Below are positions 10,743 through 26,160 of a stretch of DNA of 64,000 nucleotides, piece by piece. The DNA is from the human T2T-CHM13v2.0 reference genome, Homo sapiens. The stretch's first letter is position 1; every line of letters starts with the position of its first letter. A program made the translations under genes and the position numbers. The stretch is from NCBI RefSeq assembly GCF_009914755.1, contig NC_060928.1. One strand, 5' to 3'. The notes below the pieces were generated by a model. The model ran no database searches. It was not told where the DNA came from and saw nothing but the letters and a program-made list of their open reading frames with translations.

Positions 10743-13700
10743 CTTGTGTAAACACTCGAGTGCTCTGGTTTCCAAGGCCAGTTTTGATAATGAAGCCATG
10801 CTCTGGTCCTCTGGTCACTTTATACTTCAGAAGCCTGTGGGGACTGTCCTGATCTTCTGCCTTCAGAGACTTGCTGGTAATCAGGAAGCCCATGTGTCCA
10901 GTGTGAAGGCGCTTCAAGGCTGGGGCACCCCTGTTGGTAGTAATCTGGGGAAGCCTATTGTCTAATGATCTTATCTGGACCCTCATTACTTGAGGTTTGT
11001 GTGTCGCCAGGGCAGTGTCTGGTAGGACATAGAAATCAGTGTGAGTGCCGTCTGTCACAGTCAAGGAGAAACTATCTTCAGTGGTCTCACTGCCGTCATG
11101 CTTGTAGCTAATCAGGTTCTTGTTCAGGTCTTGCTTGGTGAAAGTGGTCACGGGACGGCTACCATTGTACAAAATCTTGCCATGCATGGGGACCTGGGTG
11201 ATGGTAAAGAGAATAAGGTCATCTGGGGTATCACTGTCTTCCACTGTCAACTCAAGGAGAGTGATCAGTTGGCTATCCTCTTTCTGTAGTGTTAGTCTAT
11301 GGATGGTCAAGATAGGTTTCTTATTATCCACATCAGTGATGAAGATCCTGAAGGTTCTGAACACAGGGTAGAGTTCGCCGATCACTTGAAATTCGAAGCT
11401 GTCCATCTTTTTCTCATCATTTGAAGTATGGACATAGGATATTTTGTTGCTAGCCAATTGAAGTTGAGTGAAAGAGGCAATGGGTTCCCCAGCATAGTCA
11501 GAACTTTCTAAGTGACCCAGGCTTGGAGCCCGTGTAATGCTAAAGTGATGTTCATCAGAGCTGTTGATGTCACTGTTGGTAAGCAGATTGTTGGTAAGGG
11601 TCACTCTGGCACCTTCTATCAAGGTGATCCTTTTGCTGATTACCTCAGGGAAGACGCTGTCTAAGTTGCCAATGGTGACATAGAAGTAGTGGTCTGTCAA
11701 AGTGTTAACCCCATCAGTAACATCAAACTTGATAATGTCAACAATCCCTTCTTGGCCTGTGTGGATATAGCAGATGAGGCCTCTGTTAATCTCATCCTGG
11801 GTAAAGTTCATTCCCAGAGTAAGATTGTTCCTCACTTCTCCTCTGGGTTTTCTCAGCCTCTGTAGAAGCCCTTGTTGAGGCCCAGAATGGAGGACAAAAC
11901 TGAGGCTTTTATCATCTGAGTCAAGATCTGTGGCCTTGAGGATCCGATTTGTGATGATCTCAGAGTGTCCTTTCTCTACCTTCAGCCCATTGTTGACAGT
12001 CAGGTGAGGAGTTTCATCATCCACTAGGGTCACTACAATGGGTACCTTCCTGTGGGTTGTGTGCTTGCCGTCACTCAGCCAGACCTCAAAACTGTCCTCT
12101 TTTGTCTCTGAGTCATCATGCTCATACACAATGGTGGAGGCCTCCTGGATCTCCTTGAGGGTGAAGCTGTGGATGGGCTGGCTGCCTGTAGCCAGCTGCT
12201 GTATGATTCGTCCATGCCGAGGGAGGGCTGTGAGTTGAAAGTGGAGCTCATTTGGTGGCAGGTCAGCATCTGCTCCATTAAGCAGCTGGGTGTCTATGAC
12301 CAGGCTCATCCCCTCTAGTACCTTAAACTCATGGGCAAAAAGTTTAGGCTGCTCATCATTGGTGGGTAGGATGATTATAGGGAAGAAGACATTTGGGGAG
12401 AAGTTGATGCCATCAGAGCAATAAAAGGTGAATTGGTCCTCTTGTGGCTCTACTCCCTTGTGAATACTCTGTACATAATTGATATGCCTCACTTGGATAT
12501 CTCTGAGGGAGAAAGCACTGATAGGGCTACCAGACTGGGACATTTTTGAACCAGGAGCTGATGCAATCTTTTCCAGGTAGCCAGAGGCTGGCTGACTAGT
12601 CACTGTGCAGAGGAGTTCATCTTGATGAGTGTCCACATCTTCAACATGGAGATGTTGTAAGGTCAAGGAGTTCTTCTCACCTTCATAGACAATGAAGGAC
12701 TCCCCGACCAAGACCTTGGGTCCCACATTGTCCACAGGCAGCACAGTTACTTGTACCTGTACTTTCTCTATTATGCTATTCCCCACTACCCATTGGTAAG
12801 AATCTTTGGAGAGGATGAGGCTGAAGGCATCGTGCTGCTTTTGAAAACCAACTTCACCTGCAGTGTGGGCATAGGCTACTCTCCCATTGATGAGATCCTC
12901 TTGGGTGAATCGTTCTGTGGGCAAACCATTTACCAGAATAGTGCCCAGTTTGGGGCTGTCCTTTACAATGAAAGACAGCATCAAGTCACCTACATCCTTC
13001 CTTTTGCCATGGATGACACCCATGGTAATTTCAGTGGCTTTATTCTCTAGTACGTCTATAGAAACATCCAATAATGAACTACTTCTGAGAGAGATCCTAG
13101 GACTTCTGTTAGCCACATTGGGATGCACAGAAATTGGGATGGTGATGGGTATATGGTGCACCCCATCACTTACTTCCAGATGGAAAGTGTCACTGGTAGT
13201 CGTCTGGTCTCTGCCATGCTGGTAAGAGACACTCCCGTTAATAACATCAGCTTGCATGAAAGATTCCCCTGGGACCATACATCTTTTAAAGTACTGCAAG
13301 TGTCCATGTTGGGGACCCCGGACTAATATGAAGACAATTTGGTCAATGTCTGTGTCTGGGTCTGTAACATGCAGCTCATTACTGCTGAGGTTAAAGCTGC
13401 CTCCCTCTAAGAGAGCAAAGCCTCTGTTGGTGACTTCTGGGGGCTGGTTGTCCACAGGTTGCAGGAATAATGTGAATGTGCCTGGCACGCTATTGCCTGC
13501 AGCATCTTCCACCTGGTAAGTAAACTGCACAACCCGTGGTGCAATACCCAATTTCTGTGGAGGCTGGTAGGCAACTTTATGCTGATTTACCTGGGCTTGG
13601 GTAAAGTGCATGATGAGTGTGTCTGGTGAATCAGTGAGCACAATTTCTCCAGCCCGGACTTGGTGGTTGCCATCTGTGTCAGTCGGGAGTGTCAGTAGGG

Positions 13701-15927
13701 TGTACCATAGGTTCTGGTCATCAGAGTCCTGGTCAATGTATCGGAGGAAATTCTTCTGGAAGTGAGTGAGTTGGTATTCTTGTACAGTCATTTCTAGTGT
13801 AGTTCCTGGATACAGCTGTGGACTCAGTATATCCACTGGTTGGACCTTGATGGTGAAAATGTGCTGTTTGGAGAGATTGGGTGGGTCATGGTCATCCTGC
13901 ACATGGAAAGCCAGCTGGACCATTACAGATTGAGGGCTGTGTGGTCCAAGATGGCGGTAGAAGAGTCTCCCTTCCATTATGTCTCTCTGTAGCCACTCAG
14001 TCACCACTTTCTCATAAAGCCCTTCCTTTTCCATGTAGTGCCAGTCTTCATCTTCAGTTGAGAGAGGTAGTTCAGCCTGCTGCAGCAACAGGTCCCCCAG
14101 GTAGTGGCCTGAGTGGGAGGAACCAGGGGCCAACTCCCACTGAGGCTCTTCCTCATTTCCTTTTAGGGGCTGGTTCTCCAGCACAAAGTGGATGGTTGAG
14201 TCCTCAGAGTCAATATCAGTAGCACTCAGTACAAAGGGAGAGATCTGGACCACCTGCCCTTCAGTGAGTGAGAGTCCTGTGTTAGTATTGACCATTGGTG
14301 GTTCATCATCCACAGGTAGGATGGTGAGGGGAAAGAGGAAGTCCACTTGGTGGTGCCCGTCCTCCATCCGGAAGATGATATTGTCACTGTAGGTGTTGCT
14401 GCCATCATGCTGATACACCACTCGCCCTGCTGCCAGGTCCGCTGGTGTGAAATACTTGCACCCAGCAGGTGCCCCAAACACCACCAGCTGCCCATGTCTC
14501 AAGCCCCTGACTGCAGCCATTTTCACCTCTTCCAGGTTATCTTTATCACTGATAGGAATGCTGTGGGTGCTGGACAAGGGCCTTGACTGACCTTCAAAAA
14601 GCACAAGTCCCCTGTTATGGCTAGCCACTGGGACCAGAGTATTCATGGATTTCACTGTCACCATGAAGGCAAAGGGGTCTGAGGCGGCGCCGTCTCCGTC
14701 CACCACCTCCAGCTCCAGCTGAAAGAGGCGCTCCCCATGGGAGTTCTCTGCAGGGGGCTGATAGGCAATCTTCAGCTCCCTCAGCTCCTGCTGGGTGAAG
14801 AAGGAGACTGGAAGCCCTAGAGGGTCGTCGGTGCTGACCACGTAGCCCTGTTGCCCCGGGTGCCCTGGTGGGTGAGTGGGGGCGTTCAGAATGTTGAACA
14901 CCAGGTCACCAGGGTCTGACTCGACGTCCTCCGCGGCCAGTGCGTCAGGCGTCAGGGCTGTCAGCACCAGTGGATCCACCTCCATCATCATCGTGGCCAT
15001 GAAGCTGGGCCTGGGCGGTGTGTTCTCGGCTCCGCCGCGGATCCTCACGAGCAGCTGGAAGTGCTCGCGGACCAGCACACCCGCGGACCCAGCGTCTTGG
15101 CCCTCAGGCCCCAGCAGCTCCACCATCATGGGCACGTAGTCACGGTTGGGCGAGGAGGTGGCTGTGTGCTGATAGCGCACCCCAGCACGGAGGAAAGCCT
15201 CACAGTCTACGCCCTTGCCCCTGGGGAGAGGGGCCCCCACCGCGTCCACCAAGCGCCCGTACTTGGGCAGGGGGCCGTCCTCGTGAGGAAGTGGGGTAAG
15301 CCGGCACCTGCGGGTGGCCGTGGCTCCAGACTTCAGGGAGGCGAAGTCCAGCACTCTCCTGTCTATGGCGCGGCTCCAGCTTCGCAGCTTCTCCACTACC
15401 AAAGGCCTGTTACGCGTCACCAGCTCCAGCTGGGAGAAGACCAAGTCCACCGCCAGCGTGAAGGGCAGCACCAGAGTGTGAGTCGGGGCGTCGTAGCGCA
15501 GCTGCAGCAGCACCCGGGCGCGTCCGGGGCTGTGGGAGCCGAAGTGAGTGTACTGGACTTGGCGGGGCCCGAAGGTGCAGGGGAAGCGGCGCGGGGAGAG
15601 CGCGCCCTTGAGCCGCGGCAGGGCGTCCAGTACCGTGACTTCGCACCGGTCCCCCGGCTGCACTCCAATCACCAGATCCCGGAGCGGGTCGAGCCAAAGG
15701 GAACGACCCAGGGGCACCCGGAGTCCAGGGTTGGCAATCAGCACGCTGGGGCCGTCGGGGCGAGTGCCGTCAAGCGCACCCCGGGCGGGCAGGTAAAGCG
15801 CCGGGTCGGGCTCGGTCCCAAGTGAGGATGCCCGTCCCTGCAGCGCGGGGCGACTCAAGAGCAGGCAGGCGAGCGCCACAAGGAGCTGCCGGGGCGTCCC
15901 AGTCGGGTGCCGAGAAGCCCCCGCCAT
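10743..15927 (-). CDS. FREM3: FREM3 coding exon 1 (5,185 nt, 1,728 codons + 1 nt): signal peptide, N-terminal (NV-type) domain and tandem CSPG/cadherin-like repeats
   Basis: Part of the 1774-aa ORF. The first ATG (15927) is in strong Kozak context (gtggccATGG) and is followed by a hydrophobic signal peptide ([11 protein letters not shown]). Repeated CSPG motifs (L.A.D.DS...FTQ.DI..G.V.Y.H.G...D.F.F.V.DG) are typical of the FRAS1/FREM family, and I recognise the [11 protein letters not shown]-terminus as FREM3. The exon ends at a canonical donor CAAG|GTTAGT (10743/10742), phase 1. Confidence 0.96.
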
Positions 15928-16330
15928 GGCCACGGATGGCTCCTGGCGTTGGGATTCCCGGGGTGGGGTGCCCTGTGCAAAGAGGGATCTGCTGAGCGGC
16001 AGGTGCAGGCAGTGGAAGCAGTAGCTGCTGTCCAGTCGGTAGCCGACTTGCGGATCCAGCAAGAGCCAGCGGCTGCGCTTCGGCTGCTGCAGGTAACCGC
16101 AGCGGGGGAAGGGGCTCTGCCCACTTCCTGCTCAGCCCCGGTCGCAAGTCTCTCTCTGCTGGCTTCTGGGGACCCCAGATACGCGCCCAGCGCGGCGAGA
16201 CTTAGCGAGGGTGCAGCGCTGTCCCCTCCGCTCCTGGGCGCTTCACCCAGCCTACCTTACACACCTTCTCGCCGGGAGCCGTGGCCGCCGCACTGCTGCC
16301 CGCGCTGCCAGACTCCGACCAGCTGTCTGG
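14680..16330. promoter_or_regulatory. CpG island over the FREM3 promoter, 5' UTR and 5' part of exon 1
   Basis: Visibly GC-rich with dense CpG, in contrast to the CpG-poor remainder of the window. No obvious TATA box. ETS-like CAGGAAGTG on the minus strand at 16122-16130. The exact TSS cannot be read from sequence. Confidence 0.85.
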
Positions 16331-17949
16331 ATACTCTCTTCCCCAGGTGCCACAAAGGGATTGTCCCTCAGGGTTGGGAGAGAGACGGTGACTGTACTCG
16401 GGTCAGTCCTGCGTCTGTGAGATTGAGCTCCTGTTGTCCATTCATCCAGGGATTGGTGTTTCTGAAAAGGGGGAGAGACACCATTCCTCTTCCTTACCGC
16501 TGACAGGAGTGTATCTTCTAGCCAAAAACTGAGTCTCACTTCGGACATAAAAGAAGCTGGTGGGAGCTATTTTGCAAATAGGATTTTCTAGCTGTCTGTC
16601 TGATGAAGCAGCTTATTCAGGATCTTGTAATTCGGTGCTTCCAAACAACCCTGACGTTTTTCTTCTGCTCAGGTTTTGAAAAAGAAAATCAGCACCCAAA
16701 CTTACTTGAACAGCTTGTAATCTGGGTTTTTTTTTTTTTTTTTTTTTTTTGTCATTGGGTCTCACATAACAAAATCAGGTGTGCGGCTCGGCTTCCTTTC
16801 GTTTTCTTAGAATGTGGTTTCCATATCTGATCAACAATGACTTGCCTGTTAGTTTATTAGACATGCTGTTTTCTAATTACTTTCTTCGTAGACAGTAGCC
16901 AGAGGGGAGGATGTCAAAGGAAACAGTAGCAGAATACTTGGATCAATTTCTGTGGCTCAATCATTTAACACCTGGAATCAGTCTCTTCATGGCTTTCAGA
17001 TGAAGGTGACTATGGATGTAGTGTTAGGTACTTAACAGAATCCTATTAATTTTTTAAGTTTTAAAATAGCCAATTTAGTTACAGTGCAGAGTAATCTTTT
17101 TCTATAAATAAAGTAGTAGTAATAGTAACGTGCTTCCTTATAAAATTAATGTGAATGTGAGAGACTTTTTGATGACAGTAAAAATAGATGTCTACAAACT
17201 ATATTGATAGAAATGGCTTCAAGGGGGAATAGAAATCTTTAAATGTTATCCCCATGTTATTCTTTTAGTTTTTTACCGTGTTACAAATGCCTGTTTTATT
17301 CACAGCAGCAACGGCATCAGCTGATTTTCAGGGCAAGAATAATCTGCTAGTGACTTGAAAGATTTAATTTTCTCTCTAAACATTTAATTTAATCATCCAG
17401 TGAAATGCTATGGGTCTATACAATTCACTTTAGTTGAATGTTAGTGTGCCCCATTAGCACACAGATTTGTTCATATAACAGAATTTTGAGATAATAAGTT
17501 TGAATCAATATGTGTTTAGCCTAATGATACAGTATTAGTTCAGTGTATCTGGAAAAATATTATTTAAAAATATATTTTTAATTGAAACACAGGTAAAGTT
17601 TCATTGTAAATGAGTCATTATATTATATTTTATAAAGCTGCTGCCTTGTCCAAAGGATGGGTTTTTAATGGTAGAACTTTTATTAGTTTGCATATATTAA
17701 AGTTACCAAATGAATATTCCTATAGGAGTGCAGTTTTGGTTCTTTTTCAAGCACACTCACTCACTTTGGGACAAGTACCTTTTTTTCTATGCTATTTTCA
17801 CTGGAAGTAGAGATGGATGTGGGCAGCTGAGATAACAGAAAGCTGAACTACTATGTTTATATTTTTGTCCTCTGACCCTCCCTCTTCAGCATATATTCCC
17901 TTCACCTCTTTTTCACCATTAAATGTCTTAAAAGAGTTTTTTATTTCAT

Positions 17950-18385
17950 TACTGTCTCCATTTCTTCACCTCTCACTCATTGTCTCTTTAGGGCACTCCC
18001 AGTCTGGTTTCCACCTTAGACACACCAAAAAAACTTTCACTAAGGTCATTAGTAACTTCCATCTGGCAAACTCCTATAACTATCTCTCATATTGTTAATG
18101 TTGCCACACCTTTCTGGTTTCTTTTCTACCTCCCAGTCTAAGTCTCATTTCTTCAGGAAGCATTTTTCAAATGCTCTTCAAACCATGTTGCAAAATCTCT
18201 GTAGTTTTCTATTCATGTACAGGTCGATTAGTGTCTGTCTTCCCTGTTTGGCTTTAAGCTACAGGAGAGCAGGGAGTATGTAATGTTCACCATTGATACT
18301 TAGTGCTTATGCCAAGGACTGGCACATAGCAGGTATGTAATAAGTATTTGTTGATTGATTGATTGATTGAATGAATGAATAAATA
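17950..18385. mobile_element. L2 fragments
   Basis: ggcacatagcagg...taataagtatttgttgattgatt...gaatgaatgaat L2 3' tail, plus L2-like upstream sequence. Confidence 0.6.
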
Positions 18386-19938
18386 GAAAAATGAAAGGGA
18401 ATCAGAAGTAGTGATCGACATACTTTTCAGTTTAGGTGTCAGGCAGGAGAAACCAGTGCAAGCGTAGGATGACTTCTTTCGTCTTTCCTCAGAATATGCC
18501 AGTTCATTAGAGGTCAGTGGAAGCTCTGTTTAGAAAATTCAAATTTGATTTCTAGCCAAATATTTATATTACCCAAATTTTCTTTTCACAGGGTAATTTC
18601 ACTATCCATATTGTACTTCATTCTCTCATTAATCCAAATTTATTCTTTAAACCTGAGCTGCATCAAGTCTGTCATTAAGTGGGAAGGATGCCCAAGGTTT
18701 TCATAAGCCCTACATTATGGGATCATTGTGAAAAACCCCTGAAAGCTGGTTATGTGTCATATTTCTAATTTATATATAGTAACAGATCCCACTTCATACA
18801 GCTATCATAAGAATTAAACAGATTACTACACATAAAATGCTTTGAATAGTGCCTGGCACACAGTAAGCACTCAATAAATGTAAGTAATTATTATAATTAT
18901 AGATAAGAAACTGAGACTTACAGGAGTTAAGTAGAAAAATTTTACCTTGCGAGTTAATTCCACTATAACTAAAAGTATGTCCTGTAGGGAAGGACTTCTT
19001 AATACCCCCATCACTTCAGGGCAACTTTCCGTCATGCTACACTTCATAAATAACTGGCTCTGCCCTGAGGTACATAGAATAAATGGCATTAAATAGGTCA
19101 TAGAAGGGAGACTATGTGTCCAAATATCCTGAGTGTGCTTTGGCAGAGAGAGAGTCCATTTTTAGAAAAGTCACATCCAGCTTTCAGAAGTTACTGGGAA
19201 CAAGCAGGAAAAGTTCTCACCTCATGAACCAGGAAGCGCTAGAACAGCAGTCCGCATTCCCCCAAACTAATGGAGCCAAGACCAGCTATCTAACCTTTTC
19301 TTTGTGGAAGTTATTTTTTCTCTACCAGCTGGAGAAACAAAAGATCTTAAACCCCACATGTCACACCATGAATGCCTTGAATCAGGTTGCCTGCAAATGT
19401 TTAGCATTGATGTACTTCAGTAAAGCCTAGAGGCTTTGCTCTAATTGGGTCACCAGTGGGCTCTTAGAAGAACATGCTCCAGGGAGACTACAAGTAAAAC
19501 AAAACAAAACAAAACATGGAAAACAAAACATTAAAATGGCATCCAAACCATTTGTAACCTGTGGGGACTGCAGCTTCAAGAGAAGTTAACTAAACTATGT
19601 CACACAGCCTGTCAGTGGCCAAGCCACCTTTGCTTCCATTACATATGGACTCCGTGGGGCGCCTGCATTTTCTGTGAGTCTCTCCCAACCTGAAGAATGC
19701 AGTAGCTGCAGCTCCACCTCAATAACTACATCTCAGGGCCATGTCTTTCTTTGCATAAATCTGGGCTAGGTTCTCCATGCCCTCCGGGATGGGCACCATT
19801 ATTCTCTGTGCCTCTACACATGATAGGATGTTGGTAAAGGCAGGCTCCATACAGTGGAGCAAGGAGAAGATCATCATACCCAATGGGAATAACCAGTTAG
19901 CATATGTCAACAAGTGATGCTGCATTCATTAACTTTTA

Positions 19939-20440
<502 letters not shown>

Positions 20441-21609
20441 CTAGCATCTAGAATAGAGCAGGTGTCCGGAGCTCTCTCATGCTAGAAAGAGCCATCCTTT
20501 AGGCTGTTGGCTACATGATCCCTGATTCTCAAAGTCCTGTTCAGGCTGTCACTACTCAGAGAAAACGATGGACAGCAAGGCATTCAGAAGAGGGCAGCAT
20601 GTGCGAGGTAGGTGAAGAAGGCTCTATCTTGCTCTGGACCATCACAAAGAGCTGATTCAAACTCTCAATATTGGCAGAAAATAAGACCTTGGAAGAAGAA
20701 AAGGGGTTATTCAGCACTAAATTAAAACATGATAATTGATCATCTTCCTTTAAATCATACAACATATAAAAGAAGTAACTTTTATTTCAAAGAAAAGCAC
20801 TAGGAACAGATGTAAAACAAGAATCAAAGCTAAAAGATTGGGTATTTTTCTAATGTACAATATATTCTTTGTTCTATTTATAGTATATATAAATACAATG
20901 CCTATTTAAATAGAGATTTCCTTTTAAATAGTTTCAAATTTTAGAAGAAAAATGATGATGAAGAAGAGTGATAGTACTTAATTGGCACTGGTTTTTTTGA
21001 GAACTTTTTGTTGAATCTAATCTCAAAATGACTTAAAGATAACATTACTTTGCACATTATTTGGGGTCTCCATTAATTCAATTTGAATGAGTTAATAAAA
21101 GTCTGGCTTTTAGGCATAGTCCTATTTATTAGTCTACAGGTTTTGTCTGATGAAGAATTATGTAATTTTACTAGATCAGCTTTTGTCTTTCTTAAAATAC
21201 GATCCATTCCACATTATAATCATGACTTTAGCACTGAAGTCGAAAGCTCAGATAAATTCTGAAAATGACTTGTTAGTATATTTGTCAGTTAGATAAAATT
21301 ACAATTACTTCTCAGTTATTTTTTTATTTTGCATGTCCTCTCAGAGCATTCCATTGTGATGTTTCCCCCTTTGATCAATAGTAAAAGTGCAGAATATGGG
21401 TAGGAAATACATGACTATTGAAATATGATTCTACCTTCATTAAATATGTTTTCTAAGAGATCATTAATGTCTTCAGCAATATTTTACTATATGATTTTGC
21501 ATCATACAGTATGTTATTATCATACCTACAAAATATGACCAGTAGCTATTGAATAGATGTTCAAATATCATATAAATGTTATCATTTAAACATTAATATG
21601 TTTTTGGAA

Positions 21610-21905
21610 GATGTTAGTCAAAGGGTACAAAGTTTCAGTTATGCAGGTTTAATAAGTTCTAGAGATCTAATGTATAACATAGTGCCTATAGTTAACAATA
21701 CTGTACTGTACAGTTGAAATTTGCTAAGATCTTAAATATTCTCACCACACACACACACACAAACTATGTGAGGTGATAAATAAGTTAATTAGTTTAATTG
21801 TGGCAATTATTTCACAATGACTTTGTATACCAAAGCATCATGTTATGCACTTTAAATGTAAAAAACGTTTATTTGTCAACTATATATCAGTAAAACTGGG
21901 AAAAA
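21610..21905 (+). mobile_element. L1M-type 3' UTR fragment
   Basis: gtcaaagggtacaaagtttcagtta...ttctcaccacacac...atttgtcaa motif. Confidence 0.75.
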
Positions 21906-21923
21906 CATTAACATGTTTTTATG

Positions 21924-23790
<1,867 letters not shown>

Positions 23791-23816
23791 TACTCTGTGT
23801 TAATATTAAATGGTGT

Positions 23817-24680
23817 GGTATTAGTTTTCTAGGACTGCCGTAATAAGGCGCTACAGGTTTAGGAGTGGCTTAAACCACAAAAATCTATTGTCTCACAGTT
23901 CTGGAGGCTGGAAGTCCAGAATGAAGATATTGAGAGGTGGCTCCTCCTGAGGACTGTTGGGGAAAGAATCTCTTCCAGGTCTTTCTTTTTGAGTTTTAGA
24001 TAGTGGCCTCTTTCTATGTCTCTTCACATTGTCTTTCCTCTATCTGTGTCTGTGTGTCTAAATTTCACCTTTTCCTAAGGACCCCAGTAATACTGGATTA
24101 GGGCCCACTTTACTGACCTCATTTGAACTTGATTATCTCTGTAAAGACCCTATCTGTAAATAAGGTCTCATTCTCAAGTACTTGGGGTTAGGACTTCAAC
24201 ATACGAATTTTAGGAGATGTAATTTAACTCATAGAGCTCTCACACTGGCCCACTAAAAGTCGTGCCCTCTTCACATGAAAAATAGATTCACCTTATCCCA
24301 ACATCTCCCAAAGTTTTAAACCATTCTGGCATCAACTCTAAGTCCCAAATATCATCCAGATATCATCTTAATCAATTATGGATGAGATATGGAGAATGAC
24401 TCACCCAGGAAAAAAATCCTCTGCAGCTGTGAACCTGTGAAACTAGACAAGTTATCTGCTTCCAAAATACAACAGTAGGACAGGCATAGGGTAGACATTT
24501 CCACTCTGAAAGGGTGAAATCAGATGGAAAAATGAGGTTATGGGTCCTAGGCAAGTCTGAAACCTGGCAGAGCAAATTCCATTAGATTTGGAGGTTTGAG
24601 AATCCTCTTTGGCTGGATGCTCTGTCTACTCCGTTCTCCAGGCCCACCTGAGTGGCAGCTCTGCCCCTCAGGCCTGCTTG
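23817..24680 (-). mobile_element. MLT1 LTR plus adjoining MaLR internal fragment
   Basis: tattagttttctaggactgccgtaa...tctcacagttctggaggctggaagtcc...ggttaggacttcaacatacgaatttt, then internal-type sequence. Confidence 0.78.
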
Positions 24681-25242
24681 GATATGTGGTAATATTCTTA
24701 ACTAGTTATAGCTATAAAGAATGTTACCATGATAGGAAAATTTTTGCCAGGCAAGTCTTAGGGAGGGAAAAAAACATCTACCTGAATTCTACCTGATTAA
24801 TAAGGGGCTGTTTTGTTCAACTTTAGCGTCAAGGCAGTGCTTAATGCAATAGGTGGTTAGGTAGGAAATGAACTTTGGAAACTTTTATATGTGAGAGCAA
24901 ATTGTCACTTTATTATTAGATTCTTTCCAGCAATAATGATAATAAAAACTATCAATGATATGCCATATAGTCACATCTATTTTCATAATAATTTATTTAT
25001 ATAGACCCAAATTATTAAGCGATACCAAACTGACCTATGGAAAATACTGAGGTTATAGCTATATGTATTTTCCTCAGATAGGATTAAAAACTGTAATTTT
25101 CTGATTTAAACTAATCCAGGGATGTGGTGGAAAGCCTGTCATATAAATGTCACTTCAGTAATTGACCTATTATTTTTGAAATGCTATCCAGGGTAACTGC
25201 AAGGATATTTTAATTATTATGTTTAGAATGTTTTAAAAACAG

Positions 25243-25655
25243 TGTGACAGTCAATTTTAAGTGTCAAGTTGTCTGCACCATGGGGTGCCCAGGTTAAACA
25301 TTATTGCTGGGTGTGTCTCTGAGGGTGTTTCTGGATGGTATCAGGTTGGCATTTGAATCAGTGGACTCAGTAAAGTAGATTGCCCTACCCAATGCGCTGG
25401 GTGCTTAATCATCTAATTCGTTAAAAGCTTGAATAGAACAAAAAGACAGAGGAAGAAGGAATTAACCCCTTTCCCTTCCTGCCTGATTGCTTGAGCTGGG
25501 ACATCAGTCTTTTCCCATGCTTGGTGCTCTTGGTTTCAGGCCTTCAGGCTTGGACTGAATTTCAGTGTTAGTTTCCCTGGGTCTCCAACTTGCATACAGC
25601 AGATCGTTGGACTTTTCAGTTCCATAATTGCATGAGCCAATTCCTTATAATAAAT

Positions 25656-25713
<58 letters not shown>

Positions 25714-25751
25714 CTTATTGGCTCTGTTTCTTCAGAGGACTGATTAATACA
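25243..25751 (+). mobile_element. MLT2 (ERVL) solo LTR containing a (TA)n tract
   Basis: TG...CA ends, taaagtagattgccctacccaatg and gagccaattccttataataaatc motifs; (TA)n at about 25659-25705. Confidence 0.82.
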
Positions 25752-25854
25752 ACTAGAGAATCTATTTATTTATTTTTGACTTTCAAGGACATTTTAAATA
25801 CATTCAATAAACTTGTACAAAGTTTATTAAATCTTTTCTATTAACAGTTTCAAA

Positions 25855-26160
25855 GGGCTGAAGTGGTGGCTTACATCTGTAATCCCAGCACTTTACAGCA
25901 CATCTGTAATCCCAGTGCTCAAGCGATTCTTGAGCCTAGGAGTTTGAGACCAGCCTGGGCAACATAGCAAGACCCCTTCTTAAAAAAAATAAAAAAAAAC
26001 TAGCCAGGCATGGTGGTGCATGCCATAGTCCCAGCTACTTGGGTGGCTGAAGTGGGAGGATCGCTTAACCCATGAGGTCAAGGCTGCAGTGAGCCATGGC
26101 TGTGCCACTGCACTCCAGCCTGGACAACAGAGTGAGACCTTGTCTCAACAAAAAAGAAAA
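25855..26160 (+). mobile_element. AluJ-like element with a rearranged left arm
   Basis: Diverged dimeric Alu; flanking agtt(t/c)caaag repeats. Confidence 0.85.

Noticed and set aside
15928-16062. 45-codon N-terminal extension from TTG in the ORF track
   Set aside because: Non-ATG start. The ATG at 15927 has ideal Kozak context and directly precedes the signal peptide.
16214-16235. REST/RE1-like GGACAGCGC on the minus strand
   Set aside because: Only the right half-site; the left half is absent.
15018-16548. Overlapping ORFs of up to 254 aa (15061..15825, 15907..16503 and others)
   Set aside because: Shadow ORFs from stop-poor GC-rich and antisense-coding sequence; low-complexity translations with no recognisable domain.
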